Shown piece by piece: positions 14,001-26,900 of a stretch of DNA of 64,000 nucleotides. The translations under genes and the position numbers were made by a program. Every line of letters begins with the position of its first letter. The stretch's first letter is position 1. This DNA is from Mobula hypostoma. Taxonomy: Eukaryota. Under the pieces are notes generated by a model that did no database searches, was not told where the DNA came from, and saw only the letters and a program-made list of their open reading frames with translations. The DNA lies in the NCBI RefSeq assembly GCF_963921235.1, contig NC_086097.1, positions 227,728,001 through 227,792,000 of the forward strand, in the 5' to 3' direction.

Positions 14001-14169
14001 TGGTGAATACTGGTAGTTCTGGTTGAGGTGTTTGATATTGTGGTGTTTGCCAAGCTTGACAAATAACTTGCATGTGGTTCACCACCAGATGAGGTGACAT
14101 CCTCAGTGTGCTTCCCCCAGCCCCCTCCATTCACTATCCTCGGTCCTGATTGACTACCCCTTTAATTGA

Positions 14170-15385
14170 CCTATGAATTGAGGAGAGCTGAAGTCCAGGC
14201 AGTTGGCGTCTCGTTGGCAGTTTGAGATGCAAAGCTCCAGAGCAGTGGGGGAACCGAAGCGGGCTGTCCAAGGAGAGGAGGAGGATTGGAGACAGGAGAA
14301 GGTGTCATTGGTGCGGGTTGGGGAATCCTTGGTAAAGAAGTGGGCTCAGAGAAGGAAGCGGTGGAAGAGGAGCTCGGCATTGTGGCAGACGTGGAGCGCA
14401 CTGAGCTGCCGTTGAAAGGTGACAATGGTAAGCCCTTGCTGAGGCAAGAACGTTCCACCTCAGAGAGAGGAGGGTCAGATAGAATGGTGAAGACACAGCA
14501 GAGATTAGAGCTGGGATCAAAGGGGGAGGAGAGTTGGTGGCATCAGAGGAAGGGTTGAGGTATTCAGGGAAGGTGGGGGTGGTAGGAAGATGAAAGCTCC
14601 AAGGACCCAAGAGGTGATGTGGAAGCTTGAAAGACCCGGGAGGAGCCCGAGTGTCGGCAGCAGTGAAGAAGGTCTCGTTCTGGAGGTGGTGGCAGCTGAG
14701 GTCCAGGCTGAAGCTGGAGCTTCAAGCTGTGCAATTTGCAGTCTGAAGGTATCTAGGGTCATTGAAACAAGTTGGCTGGGGTGGAATCCACAGTCTGGAG
14801 TTGCCCTGTGTCGTTGGAGCCCTTGGGAGACACGGTTGTGAGGCATCCAATCAAATCAAGGTCCAAGAGGGAGGTGTCCAGGGCCATCGGAACTGGAGAT
14901 AGAAACTGCAGGACCTGTGGTCTGCAAACAGGCAATCTTCTGATCCTTCCTGGATACAAGGAAGGTGAAGAACTGGCAATTCAGAGTGTGGATTCGACAG
15001 GGGATGAAATGTCAGAGAGGTCCATGCCGGATGGAGGAGAGACATGCCTGGAGCTATGGCAGAGTCTGAGACAGGGCCACAGCTATCTCCACATAGCTGA
15101 GAGGGGGGCGTGTACAACATGAAAGGAGAAGTGGCAAGAGAAGCTGTCAATCAAACGCAGGTACCTGGGATCCTCGGTAGGTCCAAACTGGGAGGCTTGA
15201 AAATAGAGCTGGAAGCCATGTAGAACAAGATGGTGATGAAGACAAGTTCCCAGGAAGAATACGTGGCTGTGGTCACTGTCATGGCCGAAGAGTCGGAGGG
15301 CAGCAGAGATCACAGAGGGGGAGCAGTGAGAGAGGTTCTCACAGAGACTTAGCAGTAGAGCAGCAAATCCTAAACATGAGGTATA
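14170..15385 (-). mobile_element. Probable Penelope-like element 5'/N-terminal coding region (degenerate)
   Basis: SHVFFLGTCL..HLV..GFQL.FQ.SQFGP; Pro/Ser-rich linker; ERS.LSKGL.F.PL motif preceding PLE RT; adjacent to a PLE 3' end in the same orientation. Confidence 0.55.
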
Positions 15386-15524
15386 ATGGAAAATTCTGTT
15401 ATGAGATTACTGGGATGTGACTGTTTTGCATCTGTGGTGTGTGATCAATTCAGATGTCTCTGCATTGCTCCCCTACTTTCCAAACACAGTCACAGAGAGC
15501 ATTCTCAATAGGAAGCCTGTTGTG

Positions 15525-16172
15525 CTATAGAAACAGTATAGCACAGGAACAGGCCCTTCAGCCTACGATGTTGTGTTAAACCAATTAAATTAGGAATCAA
15601 ATGGCTAACTAAACTAATCCCTTCTCCCTGCACAATGTCCATATCCTTCTATTTCCCTCACATTCATGTGCCTATTTAAATGTCTCTTAAAAGCCTCTAC
15701 CACCAACCCAGGCAGCACCACTCTGTGTAAAAAAAAAACTTGCTCCTCATATCCACTTTGAAATTGCCCCCTCTCACCTTAAATACATGCCCTCTGGTAT
15801 TAGACATTTCAACCCTTGAAAAAATATTGTCTATCTACTTTATTTATGCCCCTCATAATCTTATGAACCTCTTTCAGATCTCCCCTCGGCCTCTGCCACT
15901 CCAGAGACAACAACCCAAGTCTGACCAACCTCTCATTATAGCCCATGCCCTCTAATCCAGGCAGTATTCTGGTAAGCATCTTCTGCACCCTCTCCAAAGC
16001 CTCAACATTCTTTTGGTCATCTTGGGGAGGACCAGAACCATATGCTATATTCCAGATGCAGCCTAACTAGAGTTTTATAAAGCTGCAAGATAACTTCCTG
16101 ACTTTTGAACTCAATGCCTCGAGTAATAAATGCCAGATCTCTTCTTAGCCACCTGATTAACCTGTGTAACCA
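15525..16172 (-). mobile_element. CR1 3' fragment
   Basis: ERVQKMLTRILPGLEG...RGDLKEVHKIMRG. Confidence 0.85.
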
Positions 16173-17015
16173 TTATGTCTCCAATCATGATTGGGAAGAG
16201 CCCTAAGTCAAAATCATGGTATGTAACTTGCAGCAACCAAAATAATACTTACCTAAATCAAGTTATGTAAGTTCCGCAAACATTCTAATGCAGCTGTTGG
16301 ACTTGTTAAATTGCTTTTCATAAACATTTCCCTCGCACCTATTAACCTGGGATGGCCATCAGTGAGAACCAAAGGAGATCAAAGATAAATGACAGGAAAA
16401 TAAAGAAAGCTGATCACTTTGTTTATATGTGGACTTATAAACTGAGGTGTTAGAGTATGCCTGGAGCAACATTGGAAAGGAAGTCGTAAATTTTTCTGAC
16501 CTTATATATTTAGTTCATACTTCTGCAAAGTGTTGATGAAGGACTGTTTGAAATCTAGTTTGATGACGCAAATTCCTGCAAGTCCCACGGAGATACCTGA
16601 CAACGTTATCAGTTCAATGTTATGGCCCAGATTGTGCTGATCAGGCTTCCTACCCAGACTCAGTCTCTACCCAGATCTCAGAACTACACTTGGCACCCCG
16701 GGCAGCTGACCTCAAGGTCTCACCACCTCAGCCTTCCTACAAGACCAAGTGGATGCCAGCAGTGGAGATTCTCGATAGCAGATTATGAGGCAGTCCCCCC
16801 CCGATGGCTTGAACATCAGAGACATTTAGGAACGGTTCAAGTAGATTTTAATACAGTTTTAAAATATAAATTAACTGAAAATCAGCTTTCTACTTTAAAC
16901 TAATATAAAGAGAATTAAGACAATTACATATACTTACACACCTCTTGAATCAAGCTGGCTGATCCCATTCAAAGGAATCAGGCTGCACTTTATACACTAT
17001 CCATTCCTGATGTTA

Positions 17016-17319
17016 GTGGGCATGTGGCCAAGTGGTTAAGGCATTGGACTAGCTACCTGAAGGTCGTGAGTTCGAGCCCCAGCCGAGGGAACGTGTTGTA
17101 TCCTTGAGCAAGGCACTTAATCACAAATTGCTCTGCAATGACACTGGTGCCAAGCTGTATGGGTCCTAATGCCCTTCCCTTGGACAACATTGGTGTCGTG
17201 GAGAGGGGAGACTTGCAGCATGGGCAACTGCTGGTCTTCCATACAACCTTGCCCAGGCCTGCCCAGGAGAGTGAAGACTTTCCAGGCGCAGATCCATGGT
17301 CTCATAAGACTAACGGATG
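17016..17319 (+). mobile_element. tRNA-derived SINE with CORE-like domain and 10-bp TSD
   Basis: A box TGGCCAAGTGG, B box GTTCGAGCC, TGTATCCTTGAGCAAGGCACTTAA; TSD CCTGATGTTA at 17006-17015 and 17320-17329. Confidence 0.85.
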
Positions 17320-17344
17320 CCTGATGTTAAGCTGGGAGGCTGGG

Positions 17345-18620
17345 TGTGAGAATGAGAATCATGTTTATTATCACTGACATAACATGAAATTTATTGTATT
17401 GTCACAGCTGTTCAGTGCAGGACATAAAAATTACTATAAGTTACAATTAAAAATAAAATCAATAAATAGTGCAAAAGAGGAATAGTAAGGGAGTGTTCAG
17501 GAGGTGATGGACTGTTCAGAAATCTGATGGCAGAGGGGAAGAAGCTGTTCCTAAAATGCTGAGTGTGTGTCTTTAGGCTCCTGCACCTCCTCCCTGTTGG
17601 TAGTAATGAGAAGAAGACATGTCCCAGATGATGAGGGTGCTTAATAGCAGATGCTGCATTCCTGATGCATCACCTTTTGAAGATGTCCTCAGTAGTGGGG
17701 AAGCTTAACTCAATGGATTTGACAGAGTCCGCAACCCTCTACAGCCTCTTTCAATCCTGTGCATTGGAGCCTCTATATTAGGTGATGTTGCTACTAGTCT
17801 GACTGGTCTCCATGGTACACCCACAGAAATTTGCTGAGATTTTGGTGACATCTCCTCAAACTCCTAATGAAGTAAGCCACTGGTGCTTCTTCTACATCAA
17901 TATGTTAGGTTATATGCCAGACAGTTCCTCTAAGATGTTAATGCCAGGAACTTGAAACTGTTCGTCGATTTCACTGCTGACCCCTCAGCAGGAACTGATG
18001 TGTGTTCTCCTGACTTACCCTTCCTGAAGTCTGCAATCAGTTCCTTGGTCTTGATGATGTTGAGGGCAAAGTTGTGGCAACACCACTCAAACCAGCCAAC
18101 CAATCTTGCCCCTGTAGGCCTCCTATCACCATCTGAGATTCTGCAAACAACAGTGGTGTCATCAGCAAATTTATAAATGCCATTTGATCTGTGCCTCACA
18201 GTCATGAGTATACAGAATAGGACAATGAGCTAAGCACACATCCTTGAGGTTCATCTGTATTGATTGGGAGATGCTACTACTGATCCTCACTCACTGTGGT
18301 CTTCCAATGAGGAACTCAAAAATCCAATTGCAGAGGGAGGTACAGAGGCTCAGGTTTTAAAGCTTGTTGATTAGTACTGACGGAATGATGGTGTTGAACA
18401 CTGAGCTGCAATCAATAAAGAGCAGCCTTGTGGGGTATTGGCTGTTGTCCAGGTGGCCCAAAGTTGAGTGGAGAGCCAGTGAGATTGCATCCACTGTGGC
18501 AGTAGGCAAATTGAAGCATTCTCAGGTCCTTGCTCAGACAGGAGTTAGTTCTAGCCATGAACAACCTCTCAAAGTACTTCATCACGGTAGATTTGAGTGC
18601 CATTGAATGATTGTTGATGA
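17345..18620 (-). mobile_element. Rex1/Babar LINE, RT region to 3' end
   Basis: IYKFADDTTVVCRIS, LNIIKTKELIADFRK, ALKSTVMKYFERL..QFAY. Confidence 0.85.
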
Positions 18621-19559
18621 GGCAGGTGGACATGAAGGGCATCCGGCCTACCAGCTTTATGCACCGGTGTTCCACAGCATACAGCAGAGCGGGAGATCAG
18701 CCCGTCTAACTTCAGCATAGCAACATGTAGGCACAGAAATCAGACAGAAGCTGACTCAAGCGAAGGGCATTGATAGTTGTTCTTTACAACATTCAAATAT
18801 ATTTCAACTAACAGTACTTTTTGAAACGTAAGTGGATTTCCCTTCTTTGAAATGTGCCATGGGGCTTTTCATGATGAGGTGACACTCATCTGTAAGACAA
18901 ATCCAAGTTATATTTCATTCAAATATGCTCCAACCCCTCAGTAAATTGAAAGTTGTACTGTAAGATTTAGGTTTAAAATGTGATACAATCGGCCTTCTTT
19001 AAAATATCTGTTAAACTGGCAGTCAGTAATTGTTCAATAAAAGCAAAACGGATTGAGAATCTCACCTGTTTAGGCTCATTAGAAGCTCTTTGAATTATTA
19101 GTGTCCCATCACTTACTTTACCTATTCATTAGGTATGATACAGTCCAGGATGGTTCTCAAGACTAGTCCTTTTGTAAGTTATATTTGATAATACTATTAC
19201 TATTTCTACATGTTTACCAAGTACATTCTTTTAAACTTTGTTAAATTAGGTTGTATTCTGCTAAAAAAATGTTTGAACTAAATGAGTAGTTTATTAAATT
19301 CAAATATTTTCCACACTTCAGTATTGGATCACTTTGTAATGCCTCACGCCAGGGATTTGGAAATTGATGATGCTCTCGGGGCATGTGTTGAGGCATTTGT
19401 GTCTTTTAATATTTTATTCAGATTAACTGACAAGGGCAAATAAAATGTCAGAAACTTGAAAATAGATTGAGCCATGTTTTTCATTAATTATCATTGTTTC
19501 AACAATAGATAGAATGTGGAAGAGAAGGAATGTATAAAATCAATGCCAGATTTTTTTCG

Positions 19560-20344
19560 CTGAGAGGCAGGATTTATGAACATCTGGAGAGGCATAATAT
19601 GATCAGGAATAGTCAGCATGGCTTTGTCAAAGGCAGGTCGTGCCTTACACGCCTGATCGAATTTTTTGAGGATGTGACTAAATACATTGATGAAGGTAGA
19701 GCAGTAGATGTATGGATTTCAGTAAGGCATTTGACAAGGTACCCCATGCAAGGCTTATTGAGAAAGTAAGGAGATATGGGATCCAAGGGGACATTGCTTT
19801 GTGGATCCAGAACTGGCTTGCCCACAGAAGGCAAAGAGTTGCTTTAGATGGGTCGTATTCTGCATGGAGGCCAGTGACCAGTGGTGTGCCTCAGGGATCT
19901 GTTCCGGGACCCTTACTCTTCGTGATGTTTACAAATGACCTGGATGAGGAAGTGGAGGGATGGGTTAGTAAATTTGCTGATGACACAAAGGTTGGGGGTG
20001 TTGTGGATAGTGTGGAGGGCTGTCAGAGGTTACAGCAGGACATTGATAGGATGCAAAACTGGGCTGAGAAGTGGCAGATGGAGTTCAACCCAGATAAGTG
20101 TGAGGTGATTCATTTTGGTAGGTCAAATATGATGGCGGAATATAGTATTAATTAATGGTAAGACTCTTGGCAGTGTGGAGGATCAGAGGGATGTTGGGGT
20201 CCAAATCCATAGGACACTCAAAGCTGCTGTGCAGGTTGACTCTGTGGTTAAGAAGGCATACGGTGCATTGGCCTTCATCAATCATGGGATTGAGTTTAAG
20301 AGCCGAGAGGTAATGTTGCAACTCTATAGGACCCTGGTCAGACC
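19560..20344 (+). mobile_element. CR1 LINE, 5' part (host of hAT insertion)
   Basis: SQHGFVKGRSCLT, DFSKAFDKVPH, SGVPQGS, KFADD; breaks at ..YRTLVRP. Confidence 0.95.
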
Positions 20345-22419
20345 CAGTGGCATATCTAAGGTATGGCAGGTATGGCACATGGCCTGTGCGCTACTTGAAG
20401 GGGGGCACCACTGAGCAGTTTCTATTAAAGTCAGACAAGCCATCCTTGGATAGTGAAAAAAGAATTTTCTTCAGATGTATGATCTGTCTTTGATTAACAT
20501 GGGTGAGAAGCACTAGAATGGCCTTATTGCAGTGCATTGTGTAAGAAGACCATGAAACGTTTCTTCACGAAGAAGAAGGAAAGTGGAGCTGAAGGACGGA
20601 AGAAACGAAAGTTGGAGGCTGAGGAAGCCAAAAAGTTGAGCAAGTTCTTCATGCCCTTCTTTGAAAAACCTGGAACAAGTAGTTTGACACGTTCCATGGA
20701 GCCACCTGCACCTGCTACAAGCTTGTTAGAATCTGAAGGTGGATCAAGTACAAATGCGTCACAAGCCGAGGAGGAAGTCAAGTCAGATAAATCCCAGTAT
20801 GACAAGATTAAGAGTGAGGCTGCCACAAAAAACTTGGACATGACAGGAGGGGAAGATGATGATTGTGGTGGTGATGTTGAGTTTATTGATGAGTTTTTAC
20901 CTGACGAGATTGAACCTGACAACACTGAACCCTAGTGAACTGGATGGTGTCAAAGAGCCTCGAACTGGCATACCAGAAGTGATTGAACAGCATGACATTG
21001 GAATGCTGAAGTTTGACAAGGATACTGGAAAAGCAATTCTGCCTGACACGTTGAGAACATAAATAATAAAGCTGAGTTCGAAGTATTTCCAGAACAGTGA
21101 GGGGCCTTTCCTACCAACAAATAACTGCTCAATGAACAAAACTTGGTTCAAGAGGAAATTGGGAAATGATCGTGGTGAGGAAGTGACTCGCTCATGGCTG
21201 GTCTATTCCCCTTCTAAAAAGTCTGCATTTTGTATCTGTTGTCTTCTCTATTCCCGGTCAGACCATCAATCTTCACTGGAGCAGGAAAGTGGATTCAACC
21301 AGTGGAAAGCACCTGAAAGGATTAGTGTTCATGAAAATGCCAAGAATCATCAGGAATGCTTCACACAGTGGAAAGAAATGGAAAGAAATTTAGCTGGAAA
21401 CAGAGGAGTTATTGATGTGGTATTTCAGTCACAGGTTGAGAAGGAAAAGTAGAAGTGGTATGATATCTTGACGAGAATCCTTCACTGCATAAAGTTCCTT
21501 GCGACTCAGAACCTAGTTTTGCGAGGACACAGGGAGTCACTTCAATTAGACGATGATTCCAATGTGAGAAATTTCCTTGGCTTACTGAAACGACTGGCCA
21601 TCTTTGACCCTGTCATAAAAGAACACCTCACTCATTTGGAAAATCATCCTGGATCCATGTCTTATCTTTCACCAGGTGTGCAGAACGAATTCATCCACAT
21701 GATGGCATCCAATGTTCGCCAGAATTTACTGAGAAGCATTCGTAAAGCCAAGTACTATGGTCTCATGTTTGACTCGACTCCCGATCTGGCATACCGTGAG
21801 CAGATGTCAGAAGTAGTGAGGTATGTGGAAGTTGATTTTGAGAGGAAAACAATCCATGTTAGAGAGTCCTTCCTTGGTTTTATCGAGATAAGCCAGAAGG
21901 ATGCTGAGAGGTTGGTTGGAGACATCTTGAAACAGCTGGAGAAGGACAAAATGGAGCTATAAGATTGTCGGTCACAGTGCTATGACAATGCTGCTGTGAT
22001 GGCTGGACACAGAAGTGGTGTCCATCAAAGAATAAGTGAGAAAAACAACCTGGCAGTGTTGGTGAATTGCGACAATCTTTTTAAATCTTTTTATTAATTT
22101 TCAAAATTACAAACTCAATAACAAGGTTGGTACAAAGAGATTGGAAAAATGTTCATCAACATATATAAAATGAATTTTAAGTAACATAGATATAAAAAAC
22201 TTCCAAGCTCATAATGAGATTAAACATTAAAAAAGAAATAAAAAGGAAAAAAATATATAAACAAAAAAAACCCCAAAAGAAAAAAAAAACTCCCAAGGGG
22301 AAAAAAAACAAAACAGGGCTAGACCAACAGCTTATATCAGACATGTTCAATAATGTCATTAACTCCGCTCCTCTCATCATATAATTTAAATTTGGAAAAA
22401 AGTTTCGGAAAGGTCAGAT

Positions 22420-25400
22420 TACATCATATGAAAATGTTGCATAAAAGGTTTCCAAGTTTCAAATTTAACTGAAGGGTCAAAAATATCACTTCTAATTTTT
22501 TCTAAATTTAAACTTAATATGGTTTGAGAAAACCATTGGAATGTAGTTGGAGGATTAGTTTCCTTCTAGTTCAACAAAATAGATCTTCTCGCCATTAAAG
22601 TAACAAAAGTTATCATTCGACAGGCTGAAGAAGACAAAGATCTATGTTCTACCATTGGCAATCCAAAGATTGCCGTAATAGGGTGGGCTTTTAAATCGAA
22701 ACATAGAACTGTTGAAATAATATCAAAAATGTCTTTCCAATATTTTTCCAAAAGTGGACAGGACCAAAACATATGAGTCAGAGTGACATCTATCACAAGT
22801 AGGGTTTATATGGGAATAAAAAGGAGCTAGTTTATCTTTGGACATATGAGCTCTGTGTACTACTTTAAATTGTATTAAAGTATGTTTAGCACATATAGAA
22901 GAAGTACTAACTAATTGAAAAATTTTATCCCATTTCTCTGTAGGTAGGGAAAGTTGAAGTTCCTTTTCCCATTCATTTTTAATTTTGTCAGATATATCTG
23001 GCTGTAATTTCATAATTATATCATAAATTATTGCTATTAATCCCTTCTGCAAAGGATTAAAGCCTAAAATTTTATCAAGAGTGCCAGAAGGATTGGAAGT
23101 CGGAAAGGTAGGCAACGCAATATTTAAAATATTTCTTATTTGTAAGTATCTAAAAATATGGGATCTAGGCAAATCAAATTTCTCAAATAATTGCTCAAAA
23201 GACATTAAAGCAGTTATCCAAAAATAAATCACGAAAACATATTATGCCTTTCTTTTTCCAAATCAAAAAGCCTTGGTCCATTACCAAAGGTTGGAAAAAA
23301 CAATTAGATATAATAGAACTTGATAACATAAATTTATTCAGGCCAAAAAATTTACGAAATTGAAACCATATTCGCAATCTATGTTTAACTATAGGGTTGA
23401 AAATTTGTTTATTCAATTTAGATAGTGCAAAAGGCAACGAAGTTCCTAAAATGAAGGCTAAAGAAAACCCTTGTACAGAATGGCCTTCAAGGTTTACCCA
23501 ATGTGGGCTTGGAGCTATATTCCAATCTTGTGTCCAAAATATTAAGTATCGGATATTAATTGCCCAGTAGTAAAATCTTGGGACAGGCAATGCCAAACCA
23601 CCTTCTTTCTTAGATTTCTGTAAGTATTTTTTACTTAATCTGGGATTTCTATTTTGCCATATATAAGAAGAAATTTTAGAGTCAATAATATCAAAAAAAG
23701 ATTTAGGAATAAAAATCGGTATAACTTGAAATAAATATAAAAATTTGGGTAAAATAATCATTTTAAAAGCATTAATACGGCCAATCAATGATAGAGACAA
23801 AGGGGACCATTTAGTAATCAGTTGTTTAACCTGATTAATTAATGGTAAAAGGTTGAAATTGAATAGATCCTTATGTCTCTTAGTAATTTTAACTCCCAAA
23901 TAAGTAAAATAATCAGTAATCAATCTAAATGGAGAATTTCTATAAATAGGAACCTGCATAATTAATGGAAAGAGTTCACTCTTACTTAGGTTCAGTTTAT
24001 AACCAGAAAAGCTACTAAACTGAGCAAGCAAAGTTAATACTGCCGGAATAGATTTTCCTGGGTTAGAAATATATAATAGTAGATCATCTGCATATAGTGA
24101 TAATTTATGAGTCTCATTTCCACGAGTAATACCAAATATATCAGGGGAGTCACAATTGGCAATAGCTAGCGGTTCCAAAGCAATATCAAATAGTAATGGA
24201 CTAAGAGGGCAACCCTGCCTAGTACCACGAAATAAATGAAAGAAAGGGGATCTTTGGTTGTTAGTAAATACCGAGGCCAAAGGGGTAAAATATATCAGTT
24301 TAATCCAGGAAATATAGGTCTATAAGATGCACATTCAGTAGGATCCTTATCTTTTTTAAGAATTAGGGAAATAGAAGCTCGATAGAAAGATTGTGGTAAT
24401 TTACCTATTGAAACTGCATCCCTAAAAATGCTACATAGCCGAGGAGTTAGTGTAGTTGAGAAAAACTTTAAAAATTCTACTGTACATCCATCTGGACCAG
24501 GTGCTTTACCTGAATTCATTGAAAAAATAGCATTCTTTATTTCCACTACAGTAATAGGTACATCTAGTTTTGAACATTCATTAGATGATAATTTTGGAAT
24601 ATTCAATTTCTTAAAAAATTCACACATTATAGTGGAGTCTTCAGGAAATTCTGATTGATAAAGAGAGGTATAAAATTCTTGAAAGGATTTATTAATCTCG
24701 TCATGGTCAACTGTCAAAGTGCCATCTTGTTTACGAATTTTAAGAATCTGTTGTTTAACCGATTTCAATTGATTAGCTAAAAGTTTCCCAGTTTTATCAC
24801 CATGTATATAAAATTGACTCTTAGTTTTGATTAATTGACTTTCAATTGAAGATGATAATAAAAGGTTATGTTCCATTTGAAGTTCAACTCTCTGTTTATA
24901 AAGTTCTTGATTAGGAGCTATAGAATATTTCTTATCAACTTCTTTAATCTTGTCAACCAGTTTAAGTATTTCCTTATTAGTTCGCTTTTTTAGTCCAGCA
25001 GTGTATGAAATAATTTTTCCACGAATATATGCTTTAAAATTATCCCAGAGGATCCCACTGGAAATATCATCCGTGGAAGTTGTTGTAAAGAAAAACTTGA
25101 TCTGTTCATCAATAAACCTAACAAAATCTGAATCTTGAAGCAAAGAGATATTAAATCTCCATTGTCTAGAATTAATAGATATATCCCTTAAGTTGATAAA
25201 TAATTTCAACTGTGCATGGTCAGAAACAGCAGTAGAATCATATTCACAACTCGTAACAAAAGGAATTAATCGAGAGTCAATACGAAAGTAGTCAATTCTT
25301 GAATAACTAATAGCTGATGTACATGTGAAAAAAAAGAGAACTCTTTGTCATTCGGATGCAAGAATCTCCAAATTTCTGAGATTCCAGAGTCAATCATAAA

Positions 25401-25900
25401 AGAGTTAATAAAGGTAGCCAATTTATTCGGAAGTGCTTGATTAAACTTGGATCTAACTATCAAAGGGTTTAAACAACAATTAAATTCACCACCCATAATC
25501 AGCATATAGTCATTTAAATTGGGAAGAGATGTGAGGAGATTCTTGAAAATATCAGGACAGTCAACATTTGGGGTATAAACATTGAGCATGGCAACTTTTT
25601 TGTTAAATAGCAAGCCAGTAATCAATAAAAATCTGCCATTAGAATCTGAAATCGTCTCATAGTGTGCAAATGAAATTGACGAATCTATAAATATAGAAAC
25701 GCCTTTTACTTTAGCTTGTGAATTCGCATGATTCTGTTTTTCCTTCCAGAATCTAAAGAAACGTTGATTATCCTCTTTCCGGACATGAGTTTCTTGTACA
25801 AAAATAATATGAGCATTCATTCTGCGGAATACTTCCGTTTAAACGGGTGGTTTAAACCATTTGTATTCCAAGAAACTAAATTAATGGTCTTATCCATCAT
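22420..25900 (-). pseudogene. L1 ORF2 (APE endonuclease, RT, C-terminal Cys/His region), frameshifted
   Basis: SWNTNGLN, VQETH, GKAPGPDG, CASYRPI, RGTRQGCPLSP, LYADD, THMFWSCP. Confidence 0.93.
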
Positions 25901-26625
25901 AATGAGCTCGAGTATAAAGAATGTAAAGGGTTAACCAGAGTAGGGACTCATGACCCCAGAAGAGGTAAAAAGGTCCAAAGAGGAACCGGAAGTTACGGCA
26001 TTTCAGACATTTTAGTAGTTTCTGGTCAGTCCGTTTAAAAAGAAAAAATGAAAAAGGAATAAAAGGAAAAATACCACCCACCTCCCACAAAACCCCAGAA
26101 AAAAGCCAGACAGTGGCCAATGCTAAATCTAAGACTAACCTACCTCCATCTTTCCGGAGGGTGACCCAACAGAAATATGTTTATCAAGAAAAACACCACC
26201 CTTATGGAAAAAAGTAAAAACTAACTATAACAAGAAAAAAAAACCTAAAGCGATTAAAAGCATTAAAAAGTTCCTTGCTACTCATATTTCAAAGAACATC
26301 AAATATTAAATCATATTACTATATTAATTTTTCAAATATAAATGATCGGAAATGACATAAGAAACAGCAAGGATTCTGGGGAGAAGAAAAAAACAATCCC
26401 CCATTTTAAAATATAATACTTTAGTAACATTTCGAAAAGAAAACAATCATTAAACTCATAACTAAATAACTACCCAAAGGTATTAAGAGTAAGATATACA
26501 GGATCACTAACAGAAAAGCCTAATATCGTTTAACTATATAAAACGAACCTACACTGCCAGATCCAGAAAACAAAACCTCAAACTAAACAATCAGAGACGA
26601 GAGAAAAAACCAAATGATACATTGA

Positions 26626-26900
26626 TTAATCCTCCGTAAAGGGAGGCAGATCATTGAGAAAACTTTGGACTTCCATCGGATTTTTAAACAGACTGCACGA
26701 GTTATCCGATATAACCGCTCTCAGACGGGCTGGAAACAGTAGTGCTATTTTATAGCCCCGACGATAAAGTTCTGCCATCTGAGGTTTAAAAGCCATCCGT
26801 TTTTTCAGTACGACTTGGCTGTAGTCTTCAGCAATTCTGAACTTGAAATCTCGAAATTCGACCATACCTTTCTTCCAAGCAGCTCGGATAACTCGTTCCA
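26626..26900 (-). pseudogene. L1 ORF1 C-terminal fragment
   Basis: RIAEDYSQVVLKKRMAF...LLFPARLR, typical of the L1 ORF1p C-terminal domain. Confidence 0.85.

Larger units (their letters stand above)
22078..26900 (-). mobile_element. L1 LINE, 5'-truncated within ORF1
   Basis: AATAAA plus short A tail at ~22078-22100 (minus); 14-bp TSD GAATTGCGACAATC (22064-22077) / GAATTGTGACAGTC (26901-26914). Confidence 0.93.

Noticed and set aside
14286..15150. Overlapping Glu/Gly-rich and Pro-rich ORFs as genes
   Set aside because: Low-complexity frames of a decayed PLE 5' region
17016..17090. Functional tRNA gene
   Set aside because: It is the head of a TSD-flanked SINE; no clean acceptor stem or poly-T terminator
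16618..18724. Interrupted solo LTR hosting the SINE and Rex1
   Set aside because: TG/CA candidates exist but no convincing TSD; left uncalled
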